Source: an uncultured Lentisphaeria bacterium (GTDB lineage Bacteria > Verrucomicrobiota > Lentisphaeria > JABSQK01 > JAJFLO01). Taken from it: DNA of 64,000 nt. The notes below the pieces were generated by a model that had not been told where the DNA came from, did no database searches, and saw only the letters and a list, made by a program, of their open reading frames with translations. The position numbers were made by a program, and so were the translations under genes. Positions 1-11,258 of the stretch are shown here, piece by piece (position 1 is the first letter of the stretch; every line of letters starts with the position of its first letter). The stretch is from the NCBI GenBank assembly GCA_951812855.1, contig OX638337.1:960108-1024107 (forward strand), given 5' to 3'.

Positions 1-179
1 AACTGATCAATAAACTCAAAGCAGGCGATAAAGTAGTGACGAGCGGCGGAATTCATGGTGCTATCACTGCAGTAAAAGATGAAACTGTTCTACTGAAAGT
101 AGCTGACAATGTAAAAATTGAAGTCAATCGACTTAATGTACTCGATACTATATCAGGAGAGAAAAAGGAAACTGGTTAA
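1..179 (+). CDS. yajC: Preprotein translocase subunit YajC, C-terminal portion (gene begins upstream of window)
   Basis: Open frame from position 3 to TAA at 177-179 translating ...KAGDKVVTSGGIHGAITAVKDETVLLKVADNVKIEVNRLNVLDTIS..., typical YajC C-terminus; immediately precedes secDF as in conserved yajC-secD-secF arrangement. Confidence 0.55.
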   Translation, partial: LINKLKAGDKVVTSGGIHGAITAVKDETVLLKVADNVKIEVNRLNVLDTISGEKKETG

Positions 180-181
180 TT

Positions 182-2737
182 ATGAAAAACTCTGTACCTG
201 GAAGACTGTTTGTAATTTTTATTATACTGCTGGGATGGTGGTATTCGTTATATCCAATTAACGATCGCCCTTTTTATGATGTTCTTCGGGAAGAAATTAA
301 CCGGGACACAGACGTCAACGAAATTGAAAATATCATTAAAAAGGCACAGGAAATTGAAAAAATCAAGGCTGCAGAAGGTTTAGCGATGAGTCCGGCGAAA
401 GCTGTAAAATTAGCTGCGTCAGATTTAAAAGTAAATCTTCGTGATTTTATCAGCATCTACAACCAGCCAAAGGCATCAAATGATGTTGTAATAAATTTTG
501 TTCGCCGTAAAGCCGCAGGAAAAATTCGACTGGGATTAGATCTTAAAGGTGGAACCGAATTTATTATTGCGTTTGATGAAGAGGAATTTAAGAAAAATGA
601 ACCTGAAAAGGAAATTACCGAAGCTCAGCAAGAAATTATTGAAATATTACGAAACCGTGTTGATCAGAGTGGAATAGTCGAAGCCGAAATAAAACCAATT
701 GGGCCATCCACAATATCCTTGAAAATTCCAAGTATTGATACTGATGATATCCAAAAGAACAGAGAGCTGATTCAAAGAACAGCAAAATTGGATTTTAGAC
801 TCGTGCATGAAGACAGTGCAACATTAGTGAGTAACGAAAAAAACGAAGACTTTGTTCCTCCCGCTGCCTATGAACGTATGGAAATGGCAAACTCGTCAGA
901 CGCAGAGACACCAACGCAGATTTTGTATATTAAACGAATTCCTGAAAGCGTTGGAGGCAAGCATATTCTCCGTGCTTTTCCGAATGTAAACCAATTTGGA
1001 AGTTACTCCGTCAGTCTGGAATTTAATACTGAAGGTGCCAGGCTGTTTCATGATGTCACCAGTGCAAATACCGGCCGAAGATTGGCTGTTGTTCTGGATG
1101 GCACGGTATATAGTGCACCGAATATCAACGAACCGATTGCCGGCGGACGTGCAGAAATTTCAGGCAGTTTCAGCTCAGAAGAAGCGACAGATTTAGGTGT
1201 CGTTTTAAGATGCGGTAATTTACCCGTTGATATTAGTATCGAAGGTGAATTCAGTACGGATCCAACATTGGGAAGGGATTCCGTAGAAAGCGGCAAAAAC
1301 GCTTCGATTTGTGGATTGGTCGCTGTAATAATATTTATGGTTATTTATTATCGGACCGCAGGGATTGTTGCAACTATTGCACTGACTGCAAATATACTGC
1401 TTGTACTGGGGACTCTGACAATTGCCGGTGCAACCATAACGCTGCCGGGAATCGCAGGTATTGTCCTGACAATTGGTATGGCTGTTGATGCAAATGTTCT
1501 CATATTTGAACGGATTCGGGAAGAATTGGATAATAAAAAATCGACTCCAAATGCAATACATACTGGCTATAATCGTGCGTTTATCACAATTCTTGATGCA
1601 AACTTAACCACGTTATTCACCGCATTGATACTCTATAAATTCGGATCCGGTCCTATCCGGGGGTTTGCAGTTACATTAAGCATTGGTATACTCGCGAGTT
1701 TATTTACATCCTTATTTATGACACGGGCAATTTTTGATCTGTTTATATGGATGGATAAACTAAAAAATCTAAATCTTTCCCCATGGTTCACGGTCAAGAA
1801 TGTAAAGTTTTTGAATTTCAGAAAACTCACATCACTTGCGTCTGTTATACTGATTGTTATTTTAGCGGCACTAATGACAGGTCGCGGCAAATCGGCTCTC
1901 AGTGTAGATTTTACCGGGGGATCAGCAATAACATTTAATTATAGTAACGAAATCTCGCCTTCCAAAATTAAAGAAGTTTTGAATAAAAATGACTACAAAG
2001 ATACACGGGTTGCTTATAAGGCATCTGCTCAGCAGGAAACCCGACTATTAGAAATCGTTTTAGGTGGAGTTGTCCAAAAGGATAAAGACGTAAAAACCGA
2101 TATCCGTGATTTACTGAATAAAGACTTCCCGGCTGCAGAACTTTCAGGGGGCTCAGAAAAACGAATTGGTGCACTGGTTGGCAATCAATTTATGAAGCAG
2201 GCAATTTATGCTGCCATATGGGCTTTAGTAACAATTATTATGTATATTACCATTCGATTTGAATTCAGTTATGCTTTGGGTGCTGTTGCTGCATTGGCCC
2301 ATGATGTTGTTATCTGTACCGGTCTATTCCTCATTGCAAATCTCGGCGAACGCCAAATTTCATTACCCGTCATTGCAGCATTGTTAACGATTATGGGATA
2401 TTCACTTAATGATACTATTGTTGTGTTTGATCGTATACGAGAGAATTTTGGTCTTGTTAAAAACATGTCTGTTAAAGAACTCGTCAACCTCAGTCTCAAT
2501 CAAACATTCAGTCGTACTGTTCTTACGTCATTTACCACGTTGCTCGTGATTATTATTCTATATGTATTTGGCGGTGGTGCGATTAATGATTTTGCATTGG
2601 TTATGCTTATTGGTGTTATAATTGGTACTTATTCATCGATTTTTATCGCGACGCCTGTTATGATGTTTTTTCGTGATAGAAAAGAAAAAGGAAGTGCTGT
2701 GACATCGACAGCAAATTTAAAAAAATCAACAGCATAA
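182..2737 (+). CDS. secDF: Fused SecD-SecF protein-export membrane protein
   Basis: 851-aa ORF; periplasmic SecD-like region followed by two multi-TM export domains (…GLDLKGGTEF…, …IAGIVLTIGMAVDANVLIFERIRE…, …MLIGVIIGTYSSIFIATPV…); follows yajC. Confidence 0.9.
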   Translation: MKNSVPGRLFVIFIILLGWWYSLYPINDRPFYDVLREEINRDTDVNEIENIIKKAQEIEKIKAAEGLAMSPAKAVKLAASDLKVNLRDFISIYNQPKASNDVVINFVRRKAAGKIRLGLDLKGGTEFIIAFDEEEFKKNEPEKEITEAQQEIIEILRNRVDQSGIVEAEIKPIGPSTISLKIPSIDTDDIQKNRELIQRTAKLDFRLVHEDSATLVSNEKNEDFVPPAAYERMEMANSSDAETPTQILYIKRIPESVGGKHILRAFPNVNQFGSYSVSLEFNTEGARLFHDVTSANTGRRLAVVLDGTVYSAPNINEPIAGGRAEISGSFSSEEATDLGVVLRCGNLPVDISIEGEFSTDPTLGRDSVESGKNASICGLVAVIIFMVIYYRTAGIVATIALTANILLVLGTLTIAGATITLPGIAGIVLTIGMAVDANVLIFERIREELDNKKSTPNAIHTGYNRAFITILDANLTTLFTALILYKFGSGPIRGFAVTLSIGILASLFTSLFMTRAIFDLFIWMDKLKNLNLSPWFTVKNVKFLNFRKLTSLASVILIVILAALMTGRGKSALSVDFTGGSAITFNYSNEISPSKIKEVLNKNDYKDTRVAYKASAQQETRLLEIVLGGVVQKDKDVKTDIRDLLNKDFPAAELSGGSEKRIGALVGNQFMKQAIYAAIWALVTIIMYITIRFEFSYALGAVAALAHDVVICTGLFLIANLGERQISLPVIAALLTIMGYSLNDTIVVFDRIRENFGLVKNMSVKELVNLSLNQTFSRTVLTSFTTLLVIIILYVFGGGAINDFALVMLIGVIIGTYSSIFIATPVMMFFRDRKEKGSAVTSTANLKKSTA

Positions 2738-2934
2738 TTGTTGGTGTGATTACAGGTGTGTTCTTTTTGTGTAACGTTAAAAAGCGATTGATAATGCTTT
2801 ACGTGTAACGAGAATGCAGCCGAAACATTATAAATTATTCAGCTGACTGCCGTTTACCATCTCCAAATTGACCACCGTTTGATTTATGAACTAATCAACG
2901 GATCCCACGCTGAGTTTGCATACTGTTCTTAACA

Positions 2935-3687
2935 TTGAGACAAACCAAATTAACTATGAAATCCAGAAACGATACACCGGCGGAGAATGAACAGTCAAGA
3001 AAAAATATCTGGTCCATGTTTGATCAAATCGCCCACCGATACGATTTTTTAAATCATTCACTCTCATTAGGCCAAGATATTATTTGGCGGTCACAGGTGA
3101 GTAAATGTATCTCAGGAAAAGGTTTTTCAACGTTTCTGGACATTGCCACGGGAACCGGTGACCAACTCATTCGAATTGTTAATAAAGTGAATACAATTCA
3201 ACATGCAATTGGTCTGGACATGTCGATAAATATGTTGAATATCGGAATGAAAAAAATTGCAAATCAGAATATTCAAAACCGGACTGCACTTATCCATGGA
3301 GACGCATTGAATTTGCCTATTGATTCTGATTCAGTAGAACTTGTCACCATTTCTTTCGGTATTCGAAACGTTATTGATGTGTCAGAGGCACTGAAAGAAA
3401 TGTTCAGGGTCATGAAAACAGGTGGAATGGTAATTATATTAGAATTTTCTATCCCGAAAAATAGATTATTTAGAATTTTTTATTTATTTTATCTAAGGAA
3501 TATACTTCCCGTTATAGGATCATTAATTTCAGGTAACAAAAAAGCGTACACCTATCTTAATAAAACGATAGAGACCTTTCCCTGTGGGAATGAGTTTTGT
3601 GACATTATGAAAAAATCAGGTTTTACAAATATATCCGCCAAACCATTAACATTCGGGATCGCAACACTATATCGTGCCGGTAAATAA
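2935..3687 (+). CDS. ubiE: Demethylmenaquinone/ubiquinone C-methyltransferase (UbiE/MenG family, class I SAM-dependent)
   Basis: 250-aa ORF (track start is TTG at 2935; ATG at 2956 is an alternative start); SAM-binding motif LDIATGTGD and UbiE-like N-terminus MFDQIAHRYDFLNHSLSLG; heads men gene block. Confidence 0.8.
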   Translation: MRQTKLTMKSRNDTPAENEQSRKNIWSMFDQIAHRYDFLNHSLSLGQDIIWRSQVSKCISGKGFSTFLDIATGTGDQLIRIVNKVNTIQHAIGLDMSINMLNIGMKKIANQNIQNRTALIHGDALNLPIDSDSVELVTISFGIRNVIDVSEALKEMFRVMKTGGMVIILEFSIPKNRLFRIFYLFYLRNILPVIGSLISGNKKAYTYLNKTIETFPCGNEFCDIMKKSGFTNISAKPLTFGIATLYRAGK

Positions 3688-5105
3688 TGAATATGACAAC
3701 GTGTCCTGGTGAAGAACTCAAATCAGCGGCTGACGCTATCGACAAAGAATTTGATTCTGTTCGTAATATCAACGATTCAGAACAGGATAGTTCACGCATC
3801 ATAATCCGGCGAATAAACGTCTCTATTCCGAAAACCAATTTACTTTCCTGGCTGGACAAACAAATAATCTATCCAAAAATTTACTGGTACAGTCGGAATA
3901 TCAATCACGAAATTGTATGTACGGGCAGTATTCACACTATTATTGGCGATCACCTGAAAAACTTAAAAGATGAATTCAATGACTCAGCATTATTATCGGA
4001 TGCGGATTGTCGATATTTTGGAGGATTATCCTTTCAATCACAAATCACATCACCCGATTGGAATTCTTTTTCAGCGTATCAATTTATTTTACCTCAGTTT
4101 GAATTAGTCAATAAAAATGATGATGAAACACGCTTTATCTGTAATTTAAAAATTGATCCGACGAAAAATCTAATTAAACAAAAATCAAAAATACTTGACG
4201 ATTTATCACGGCTGGATTTTGATGAGACCTCTCCTGATTCAAAACCGTTACATATTGAATCTCGCAGTAATCTCCCGGATCAAAAAAATTGGAATATTAA
4301 AATTGACAAAATTTTAAATGAAATAAGGACCGGAATATTCAAAAAACTGGTTTTAGCACGAGAATCGATCCTTAGGTGTCGGACGAACGTAAATGCCCTT
4401 TCACTACTGGCTAACGTTGGGGATCGTACTATGAATTCTTATCGATTTTATTTTCAACCCACCCCCGAATCCGAATTTTTTGGAATAAGCCCCGAACGAT
4501 TATTTTTTAGAGACAAAAATAAAATCAGTGTTGAAGCTGTTGCGGGAACAAGTCATCGGGGAAAAACAAAACATCAGGAGATTCAAACAGGAAGAGATCT
4601 ATTAAAATCAGAAAAGGCAAATCGGGAACACCGCTATGTTGTAAAAAATTTGAGACAGGTCCTTAACACACTTAATGCTAAAATCGAACACGAGACTCAA
4701 CCTGGAATCATGAAATTACATCAGCTTCAACATTTATTTCAGGAAATCACTGCATCTCTGCGGAATAACACTGACGATATCGATATTTTGACTGCATTGC
4801 ACCCAACCCCTGCGGTGGGTGGTTATCCAGGTGAAAACGCTTTATCCTATATTGAAAATATTGAAGGATTCGATCGCGGATGGTATGCAGGCCCAATTGG
4901 ATGGATTGGTAAAGAGCAAACTGAATTTGCAGTTGCCATTCGATCCGGATTATCAACGGGTAAAACATTGCATATTTACAATGGTGCCGGCATTGTTAAA
5001 GGATCTTCAGCACATGAGGAATGGGCAGAAATTGAAATGAAATTTTCGTCAGTAATAGGTTTATTGAACATTTTCATGCCAGAATTCACTGAAGAAAATC
5101 CATGA
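3687..5105 (+). CDS. menF: Isochorismate synthase (menaquinone-specific, MenF-like)
   Basis: 472-aa ORF; chorismate-binding C-terminal domain (…EAVAGTSHRGKT…, …ALHPTPAVGGYPG…, …GWYAGPIGW…); start codon overlaps ubiE stop (ATGA). Confidence 0.8.
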   Translation: MNMTTCPGEELKSAADAIDKEFDSVRNINDSEQDSSRIIIRRINVSIPKTNLLSWLDKQIIYPKIYWYSRNINHEIVCTGSIHTIIGDHLKNLKDEFNDSALLSDADCRYFGGLSFQSQITSPDWNSFSAYQFILPQFELVNKNDDETRFICNLKIDPTKNLIKQKSKILDDLSRLDFDETSPDSKPLHIESRSNLPDQKNWNIKIDKILNEIRTGIFKKLVLARESILRCRTNVNALSLLANVGDRTMNSYRFYFQPTPESEFFGISPERLFFRDKNKISVEAVAGTSHRGKTKHQEIQTGRDLLKSEKANREHRYVVKNLRQVLNTLNAKIEHETQPGIMKLHQLQHLFQEITASLRNNTDDIDILTALHPTPAVGGYPGENALSYIENIEGFDRGWYAGPIGWIGKEQTEFAVAIRSGLSTGKTLHIYNGAGIVKGSSAHEEWAEIEMKFSSVIGLLNIFMPEFTEENP

Positions 5106-5134
5106 GCAGAATTCTAATCTGATTAATTGCACTT

Positions 5135-7021
5135 ATGAATACCTCTGTTACACCCTACTTAAACAGTTTATGGGCCACCCTGATCGTTGAAGAGTCTGTA
5201 CGATTGGGTAATTGTAACGTGTGTATCTCACCCGGATCAAGAATCACTCCGCTGGCAGCAGCTGCAGCCTTACATCCTAAAATAGAGAGTACCGTTCATT
5301 ATGATGAGCGTGGCACAGCGTTTTTTGCCTTAGGACAGGCAAAAGGATCAGGAAAAGCCAGTATCCTGTTATCAACATCAGGCTCGGCCGTTGCTAATTT
5401 TATGCCTGCGGTTGTTGAGGCAGCTATGGATAGAGTTCCATTGATAATTCTTACCGCTGATCGCCCGCCGGAACTAAGAGACACCGGAGCAAACCAAACG
5501 ATTGATCAAGTTAAATTTTTCTCTAATTACGCCGTATGGCAATTCGACCTCCCCTGTCCGACACTCGATATCCCGCCGGATACACTGTTGAGTATCATTG
5601 ATCATGCCGTGTTTAAGAGCGAAAACATCAGAAAAGGTGTAGTGCATTTAAACTGTCTGTTTCGGGAACCATTTCTACCTGACAACCAGGACCTTACAGA
5701 AAATAAAAAATCATTCTCGTTTGACCAATTTTTGCATAAATCAAATTCTATGTTGAATAAGGAATTAGAAAACACGTCTTTTTCGGAAATCAACTCTCCT
5801 ATAGGAAAAGACTTGCTGTTACGATATACAGCATCAATCAATTCGTGGATAAAAACTGCTGCACCGAAAACAGATTATCGGAGGGCGGCAGGCTACTCAC
5901 CAAAATCCACGACCCAATCCGAGTCAATACTTGCATCTATCAGCAAATCAAAAAAAGGCTTGATAATATTGGGCAATATTTCATCAAAGATTAAATCTGA
6001 TATTTTAATGGAATTTTTGAAAAAACTAAACTGGCCGGTATTTGCAGATATCAATTCTGGAATTCGTCCAGGGTTTGATTCTGACATTGTAATACACTAT
6101 TATGATCAGCTGCTATACGATTCGTGCCAATTAGATTCATTTTCACCGGATTCAATTATTCAAATCGGACATCAAATCGTATCTAAAAGATTATTGAATT
6201 TTCTTCGTAATTGTCACCCCGAAGAATATGTACTCCTGACAGATTCTAATGACCGCATTGACCCTAACCACCGTATAACGCACCAAATCGTTACTGACAT
6301 TTCCGGATATTTGGATTTGATTTCAGCTGAAATAAAGCGTTCCCCAAAATCACCCGTTCTTAAATCAATGAGTAAAAAATCAGTCCTGATTGATCAATTT
6401 TTGATTGACGAATTTGATTTAAACAAACCGTTGACAGAGCCGGGAATCGCCAGACATCTATCAGAGTGTATACCCGCAGATACAGGTATGTTTATTGGAT
6501 CAAGCATGCCTATTCGCTATATGGATATGTTTGCTGCACGGGATGGCAATACCCCTGTTATAACATCTAATCGTGGAGCCAGCGGCATAGATGGTGCAAT
6601 CGCAACCGCTGCCGGATTTGCTAAGAATATTAATAAGCCCATGACTGTTTTAATCGGTGATTTAACCTTACTTCACGACATGAACTCTCTGCCCTTGATA
6701 AAATCACAATTACATCCATTTGTGATTATAGTTCTCAACAATGATGGTGGCGGTATATTTTCCCTGCTTCCTATTTCCCGGCATTTCAAAAACAAAAACC
6801 TGGAGCAGCATTTCTCAAGTACTCATGGACTGAAATTTGACAAAACAGCATCCATGTTTGGGTTTAATTATAGCTCGCCGCCATCACTGAAATCATTTAT
6901 TTCTGAATATTCTCTGGCAATAGAAAACACAACTCCGACTATTATTGAAATATCCAGTAACCGATCTAAAAATGCTGAATGTTTGGAGAACATAAAAATT
7001 CAGATTTTGAAGATTACTTGA
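5135..7021 (+). CDS. menD: 2-succinyl-5-enolpyruvyl-6-hydroxy-3-cyclohexene-1-carboxylate synthase (TPP-dependent)
   Basis: 628-aa ORF with TPP-enzyme N- and C-terminal domains (…ILLSTSGSAVANFMPAVVEAAMDRVPLIILTADRPPELR…, …NRGASGIDGAIATAAGFA…); 30 bp downstream of menF. Confidence 0.85.
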   Translation: MNTSVTPYLNSLWATLIVEESVRLGNCNVCISPGSRITPLAAAAALHPKIESTVHYDERGTAFFALGQAKGSGKASILLSTSGSAVANFMPAVVEAAMDRVPLIILTADRPPELRDTGANQTIDQVKFFSNYAVWQFDLPCPTLDIPPDTLLSIIDHAVFKSENIRKGVVHLNCLFREPFLPDNQDLTENKKSFSFDQFLHKSNSMLNKELENTSFSEINSPIGKDLLLRYTASINSWIKTAAPKTDYRRAAGYSPKSTTQSESILASISKSKKGLIILGNISSKIKSDILMEFLKKLNWPVFADINSGIRPGFDSDIVIHYYDQLLYDSCQLDSFSPDSIIQIGHQIVSKRLLNFLRNCHPEEYVLLTDSNDRIDPNHRITHQIVTDISGYLDLISAEIKRSPKSPVLKSMSKKSVLIDQFLIDEFDLNKPLTEPGIARHLSECIPADTGMFIGSSMPIRYMDMFAARDGNTPVITSNRGASGIDGAIATAAGFAKNINKPMTVLIGDLTLLHDMNSLPLIKSQLHPFVIIVLNNDGGGIFSLLPISRHFKNKNLEQHFSSTHGLKFDKTASMFGFNYSSPPSLKSFISEYSLAIENTTPTIIEISSNRSKNAECLENIKIQILKIT

Positions 7022-7543
7022 CCTTTCTTCTTAAAACCAGCCCGTTTTGAAAGAGAGTCCTCACTGTTAAATTATAGTAATAAAGGAGAACATATAGTGA
7101 AACGGAAATCCGCCCTTTGGTAATATGATCTTTTTGATTCGTTCTCCTTTAATAACATTCACGTAAAAAAACCGCGGTAATTCTGAGATTCATTCAAGCG
7201 TACAGCAGCAAATGGATTGCTTATTTTGGCACTTTTAAAAAAGTTCCTGAGCAAAGAGATGACCTGCTGATTTACCCGTGCCTGTACTGAAATAAACGAA
7301 AGATCGCCTTTGGACAGTTTTTTTTCAGCGAATCCAGAACAATAATTGTAAAAGCATCATTAACGGTTTCAGTTTCATGACAGGCTCATTACATTTGATA
7401 AATAAAAAGAGGCGTAACTTGAAGATTTTTTGAGTTATTATATTTTCATGATGAGTTTAACCGGCTTCCTGTTCTTCAAGGAAGGCAAAGGGAAAATAAG
7501 GCTTCTATGCAAAATGAAGAGAAGTCCAAACGGAAATGACTAA

Positions 7544-10500
7544 ATGCATGACGATTCCACAATAAACGATGGGATAATTCCCCTTACCAATCCTGATCAG
7601 GCAGAGCTTGATAAACATGCGATTATCGAAGCATCGGCGGGAACGGGGAAGACCTATACGATCGAACAGCTGGTTGTTCGACTGCTCATTGGAAACCCTG
7701 ATGTAAATCCTCCGGTTTTACCTATTCCTATTGACCGGATTCTGGTTGTCACATTTACCGAAAAAGCGACCGGCGAAATGAAAGACCGGATACGTAATAC
7801 TATCGAAGCAAAACTGAACAACGCAGCACGTTCTGATACCGAATGGTTCTATCTGCATGACGCACTGGAAAATTTTGATAATGCCCAGATATCAACGATA
7901 CATGGGTTCTGTCACCGAACATTGCGGGAACATGCCTTTGAAAATGGTCGCCAGTTTGAATATGATGTCGTTGATGATCGGGATATTTACCATACACTGT
8001 TACTCCGGCAAATGCGGGAAGATTGGCCAAAACACTATGGCCGCAATCTATGCACATACCTTCTATTGGCAGATTTTCCGCATCGAGTCCAAAATGAGAG
8101 TCAGTGGATAGACACAACGATTAAACTTGCACAAAACTTCAGACCCAATGCCGGAGATCAACTCTATCCTGAACCTGATGCAACCGTTTCACCAATGAAA
8201 ACTGTGTCGGAACTGAAACAATACCTGTCTGAATTAGTAATGGTGATTGGAGGATTTCCAATTAACTCTGTTACCGATCATCCATTTTATGGTGCGTATT
8301 CCAGATTGAACTTTAATGCCGGCAGCAAAAACCTCCGCCTTAAGAACGTTATTACACCATTATTAGAACTGTTAGACCATTTCAGGGAAAAGAAGAATGA
8401 CATTCTGGATTCCGGTACAGTCGCAGCAATGATCAGATTAATCCGGGATAATAAAAAAACATCAGCGTTTGCTGAGTCCGGTTTTGCCTGCCTTATGCCG
8501 AAAAAATGGAATAAGGACAAGAACAACCTGGATACAGAATGCCCGCATTTACAATCTATAATCAACCCTCTTGAACAGATCCGGGAATTGACAACATCCT
8601 TTGCCCCTCAATTCAGGAGTCAGGTTGTTAAACAACTGCAAACCGATGTCCGCCTGTATAAGGAACAGAAAGGTTTACTGACTTACAACGATATGATCTC
8701 CATGGTTGCAGCCGCGTTATCCGGAAACCATGGCACTGAAACCCCGCCTCCATTATTATCTGCGTTACGTGATCGCTACAAGATTGCATTAATCGATGAA
8801 TTTCAAGATACGGATATCTTACAATGGTCAATTCTGAAAACCGTTTTCGTGGATAAACATGATGACAGCCCACACCGTTTAATTGTTGTTGGAGATCCCA
8901 AACAGGCAATATATGGTTTTCGCGGTGCCGATTTGAATGCCTATTATTTAGCCCGAAATCAACTTGGTAAACTCGGAAAAACGAAAACCGGATGTTACTC
9001 ACTGGATACCAATTGGCGTTCAATTCCACAGTTAATAGATGCATTCAACGCTCTATTCAAACACGATAACTGGTTTCAACGTAATGACATCCGACATCAA
9101 CCGGCCAATACTCCGACACCCGGATCAGGACGGAATCGATTATATCGTGACAACACAGGTTCTTCAGTATTAATAACGCATAGCATTAACAGTGATAAAT
9201 CAGCGAAGGCGGCTCAGGCAGAGTGGTTTAAATTTATTGCAGCAGAAATTGATCGTTTACTGAATTCATCAACTGAAATGATGATGTTTGGTGATAAAAC
9301 CTCACCGCCTCGACCGCTTCGTGCAGATGATATTTGTATCCTTTGCCAAAATAAAACAGAAGCCGGACGAATAGAGAAAGAATTAAATAACACTCACATC
9401 CCCTATTCATTTTACAAAAAACCGGGGCTATATGAATCCGATGAAGCCTTGCAGCTGCTTTACTTATTAGAGGCAATTGCGTCGCCAAATGATACGGCTG
9501 CGTTTAAGAAACTGCTGATGACATGCTTTTTTGCAATTCCGGTATTAGATGTCAAAAATTATGAAAATCTGCCTTCGGATCATTGTATTAAACGGCTTTT
9601 CCTGAAGTGGGTCAGACATGCAGCAAATCGACAGTGGGCGATTATGTTTCATTCAATCAGAAACGAAACCCGCATTCTGCTAAACACAGGAAACGACCCC
9701 GATCATGAACGGCGATTAACAAATATTGAACAGATTATCCAAGAACTCCATAATCGTGCATTGACCGAAAATATGGATATTATTGACCTTGCCAATCTTC
9801 TTGGCAACCTTTATTATAATCATATCTCAATCTCTGAGGAAGACAATTTACATCGTCGAGACACAGAACATCCCGGGGTACAAATGACCACCATCCATAA
9901 GAGTAAAGGACTTGAGTTTCCTGTTGTTTTCATTGCCGGGGGAATGACAGCACCTCCGAATACAAATCAACCCTATTACAAGATTCATAATGGGGAACAT
10001 GTCATTTATGACCTGACATCCAAATCAAAATCACAATGGGAAAATGAACAGCATGAAGAACTGCAGCGGTTATACTATGTTGCATTAACCCGGGCAATAT
10101 ATAAGCTTTATATTCCTCATTATCGAAACGAAAAACAGCTGAATGCGTCAGGAGCAGTCGCCAAAATACTATATCCCGCCATTAATGCTGCTGCAGGCGA
10201 ACTTCCCGCCGCTCCTGTTATAACTGATCGAATTGATATATCAAACTCTGAGTGGAACGAGTCGAGGATGAAGGTAATACAACTCGATCCGGCAATAGAG
10301 TTACCGCGTAACGATTTCAATCTCAGAGACCGAAACAGGTCACAGAGTATCGATTCATATTCCGGGTTAAAAAACAAAATGCTGCCACATGCTCCAGCCA
10401 AATTCCAGAATATCTCAAATCAATTCGGATATGACCAGGCGGAAGAACCTGCAGCCGATGAAAGCAGTCAAACGACGCAAACCCGGACAATGAACATTGA

Positions 10501-11218
10501 AGCTGCCGATCCAATTCAAAAAACAGGTCTGCCGCCCGGTCGACTCACCGGGAATCTATTGCATAATGTATTCGAATCATTAGACTTTCAACTTGCCGGA
10601 TCCACGGCAGGTCCAAAGGAACTCTTACAAACCGGCACAGCTGAAGTCATTAAAAAATCGATGAATCACTATCAACTGCCGGCAGAACATGATGATCAAC
10701 TCAAAACAATCTATCACCATGAAATTTCGAAAATTATCTGGACAACATTAAATGTCGAACTTCCAGGCGGAATCAAACTTCGGGATATTTCAGAATGTGA
10801 CCGCAAACACGAACTGGAGTTTTTTTTTCCGTATCCTCAGTTAAGTAATACTGACATTCCCAATATCAATCGATGTGACGGCTTTGTAAAAGGTTATATC
10901 GATTTGATATTCCGCTGCCGGAATAAGTATTATATTCTTGATTGGAAATCGGATAGTCTCGATGATTATTCACCGGATCAACTGGAGCATCATATGTGCA
11001 GTAATTACTATGATCTGCAATATAAACTCTATACGATCGCAACAGATCGCTGGCTGCAGCAATATCATCAGACAAATCAATTAGCGGGCGTATTTTATCT
11101 ATTCCTCCGTGGCTTGAAAACAGGGACACATAGCGGGATTTTCCCGGTAATATTTAAAGATCAGGTTCCCCCGACTCAGGAATATGAAAACGAACTTGAT
11201 AAATTGATACAAACGTAA
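7544..11218 (+). CDS. recB: RecB-family helicase-nuclease (exodeoxyribonuclease V beta-like)
   Basis: 1224-aa ORF; N-terminal UvrD/Rep-type Walker A (IIEASAGTGKTYTIEQL), helicase motifs (…VVGDPKQAIYGFRGAD…), C-terminal PD-(D/E)xK nuclease motif (GYIDLIFRCRNKYYILDWKSD). Confidence 0.8.
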   Translation: MHDDSTINDGIIPLTNPDQAELDKHAIIEASAGTGKTYTIEQLVVRLLIGNPDVNPPVLPIPIDRILVVTFTEKATGEMKDRIRNTIEAKLNNAARSDTEWFYLHDALENFDNAQISTIHGFCHRTLREHAFENGRQFEYDVVDDRDIYHTLLLRQMREDWPKHYGRNLCTYLLLADFPHRVQNESQWIDTTIKLAQNFRPNAGDQLYPEPDATVSPMKTVSELKQYLSELVMVIGGFPINSVTDHPFYGAYSRLNFNAGSKNLRLKNVITPLLELLDHFREKKNDILDSGTVAAMIRLIRDNKKTSAFAESGFACLMPKKWNKDKNNLDTECPHLQSIINPLEQIRELTTSFAPQFRSQVVKQLQTDVRLYKEQKGLLTYNDMISMVAAALSGNHGTETPPPLLSALRDRYKIALIDEFQDTDILQWSILKTVFVDKHDDSPHRLIVVGDPKQAIYGFRGADLNAYYLARNQLGKLGKTKTGCYSLDTNWRSIPQLIDAFNALFKHDNWFQRNDIRHQPANTPTPGSGRNRLYRDNTGSSVLITHSINSDKSAKAAQAEWFKFIAAEIDRLLNSSTEMMMFGDKTSPPRPLRADDICILCQNKTEAGRIEKELNNTHIPYSFYKKPGLYESDEALQLLYLLEAIASPNDTAAFKKLLMTCFFAIPVLDVKNYENLPSDHCIKRLFLKWVRHAANRQWAIMFHSIRNETRILLNTGNDPDHERRLTNIEQIIQELHNRALTENMDIIDLANLLGNLYYNHISISEEDNLHRRDTEHPGVQMTTIHKSKGLEFPVVFIAGGMTAPPNTNQPYYKIHNGEHVIYDLTSKSKSQWENEQHEELQRLYYVALTRAIYKLYIPHYRNEKQLNASGAVAKILYPAINAAAGELPAAPVITDRIDISNSEWNESRMKVIQLDPAIELPRNDFNLRDRNRSQSIDSYSGLKNKMLPHAPAKFQNISNQFGYDQAEEPAADESSQTTQTRTMNIEAADPIQKTGLPPGRLTGNLLHNVFESLDFQLAGSTAGPKELLQTGTAEVIKKSMNHYQLPAEHDDQLKTIYHHEISKIIWTTLNVELPGGIKLRDISECDRKHELEFFFPYPQLSNTDIPNINRCDGFVKGYIDLIFRCRNKYYILDWKSDSLDDYSPDQLEHHMCSNYYDLQYKLYTIATDRWLQQYHQTNQLAGVFYLFLRGLKTGTHSGIFPVIFKDQVPPTQEYENELDKLIQT

Positions 11219-11258
11219 TTAAAATTAACTGACCCAACATAGTCTCAACGCGAATTAA

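Noticed and set aside
7201-7420. Startless ~65-codon minus-strand open frame (…SGFAEKKLSKGDLSFISVQARVNQQVISLLRNFF…) in the menD-recB spacer, considered as a possible recC relic
   Set aside because: No start codon, no recognisable RecC or other family motif. Too short to assess.
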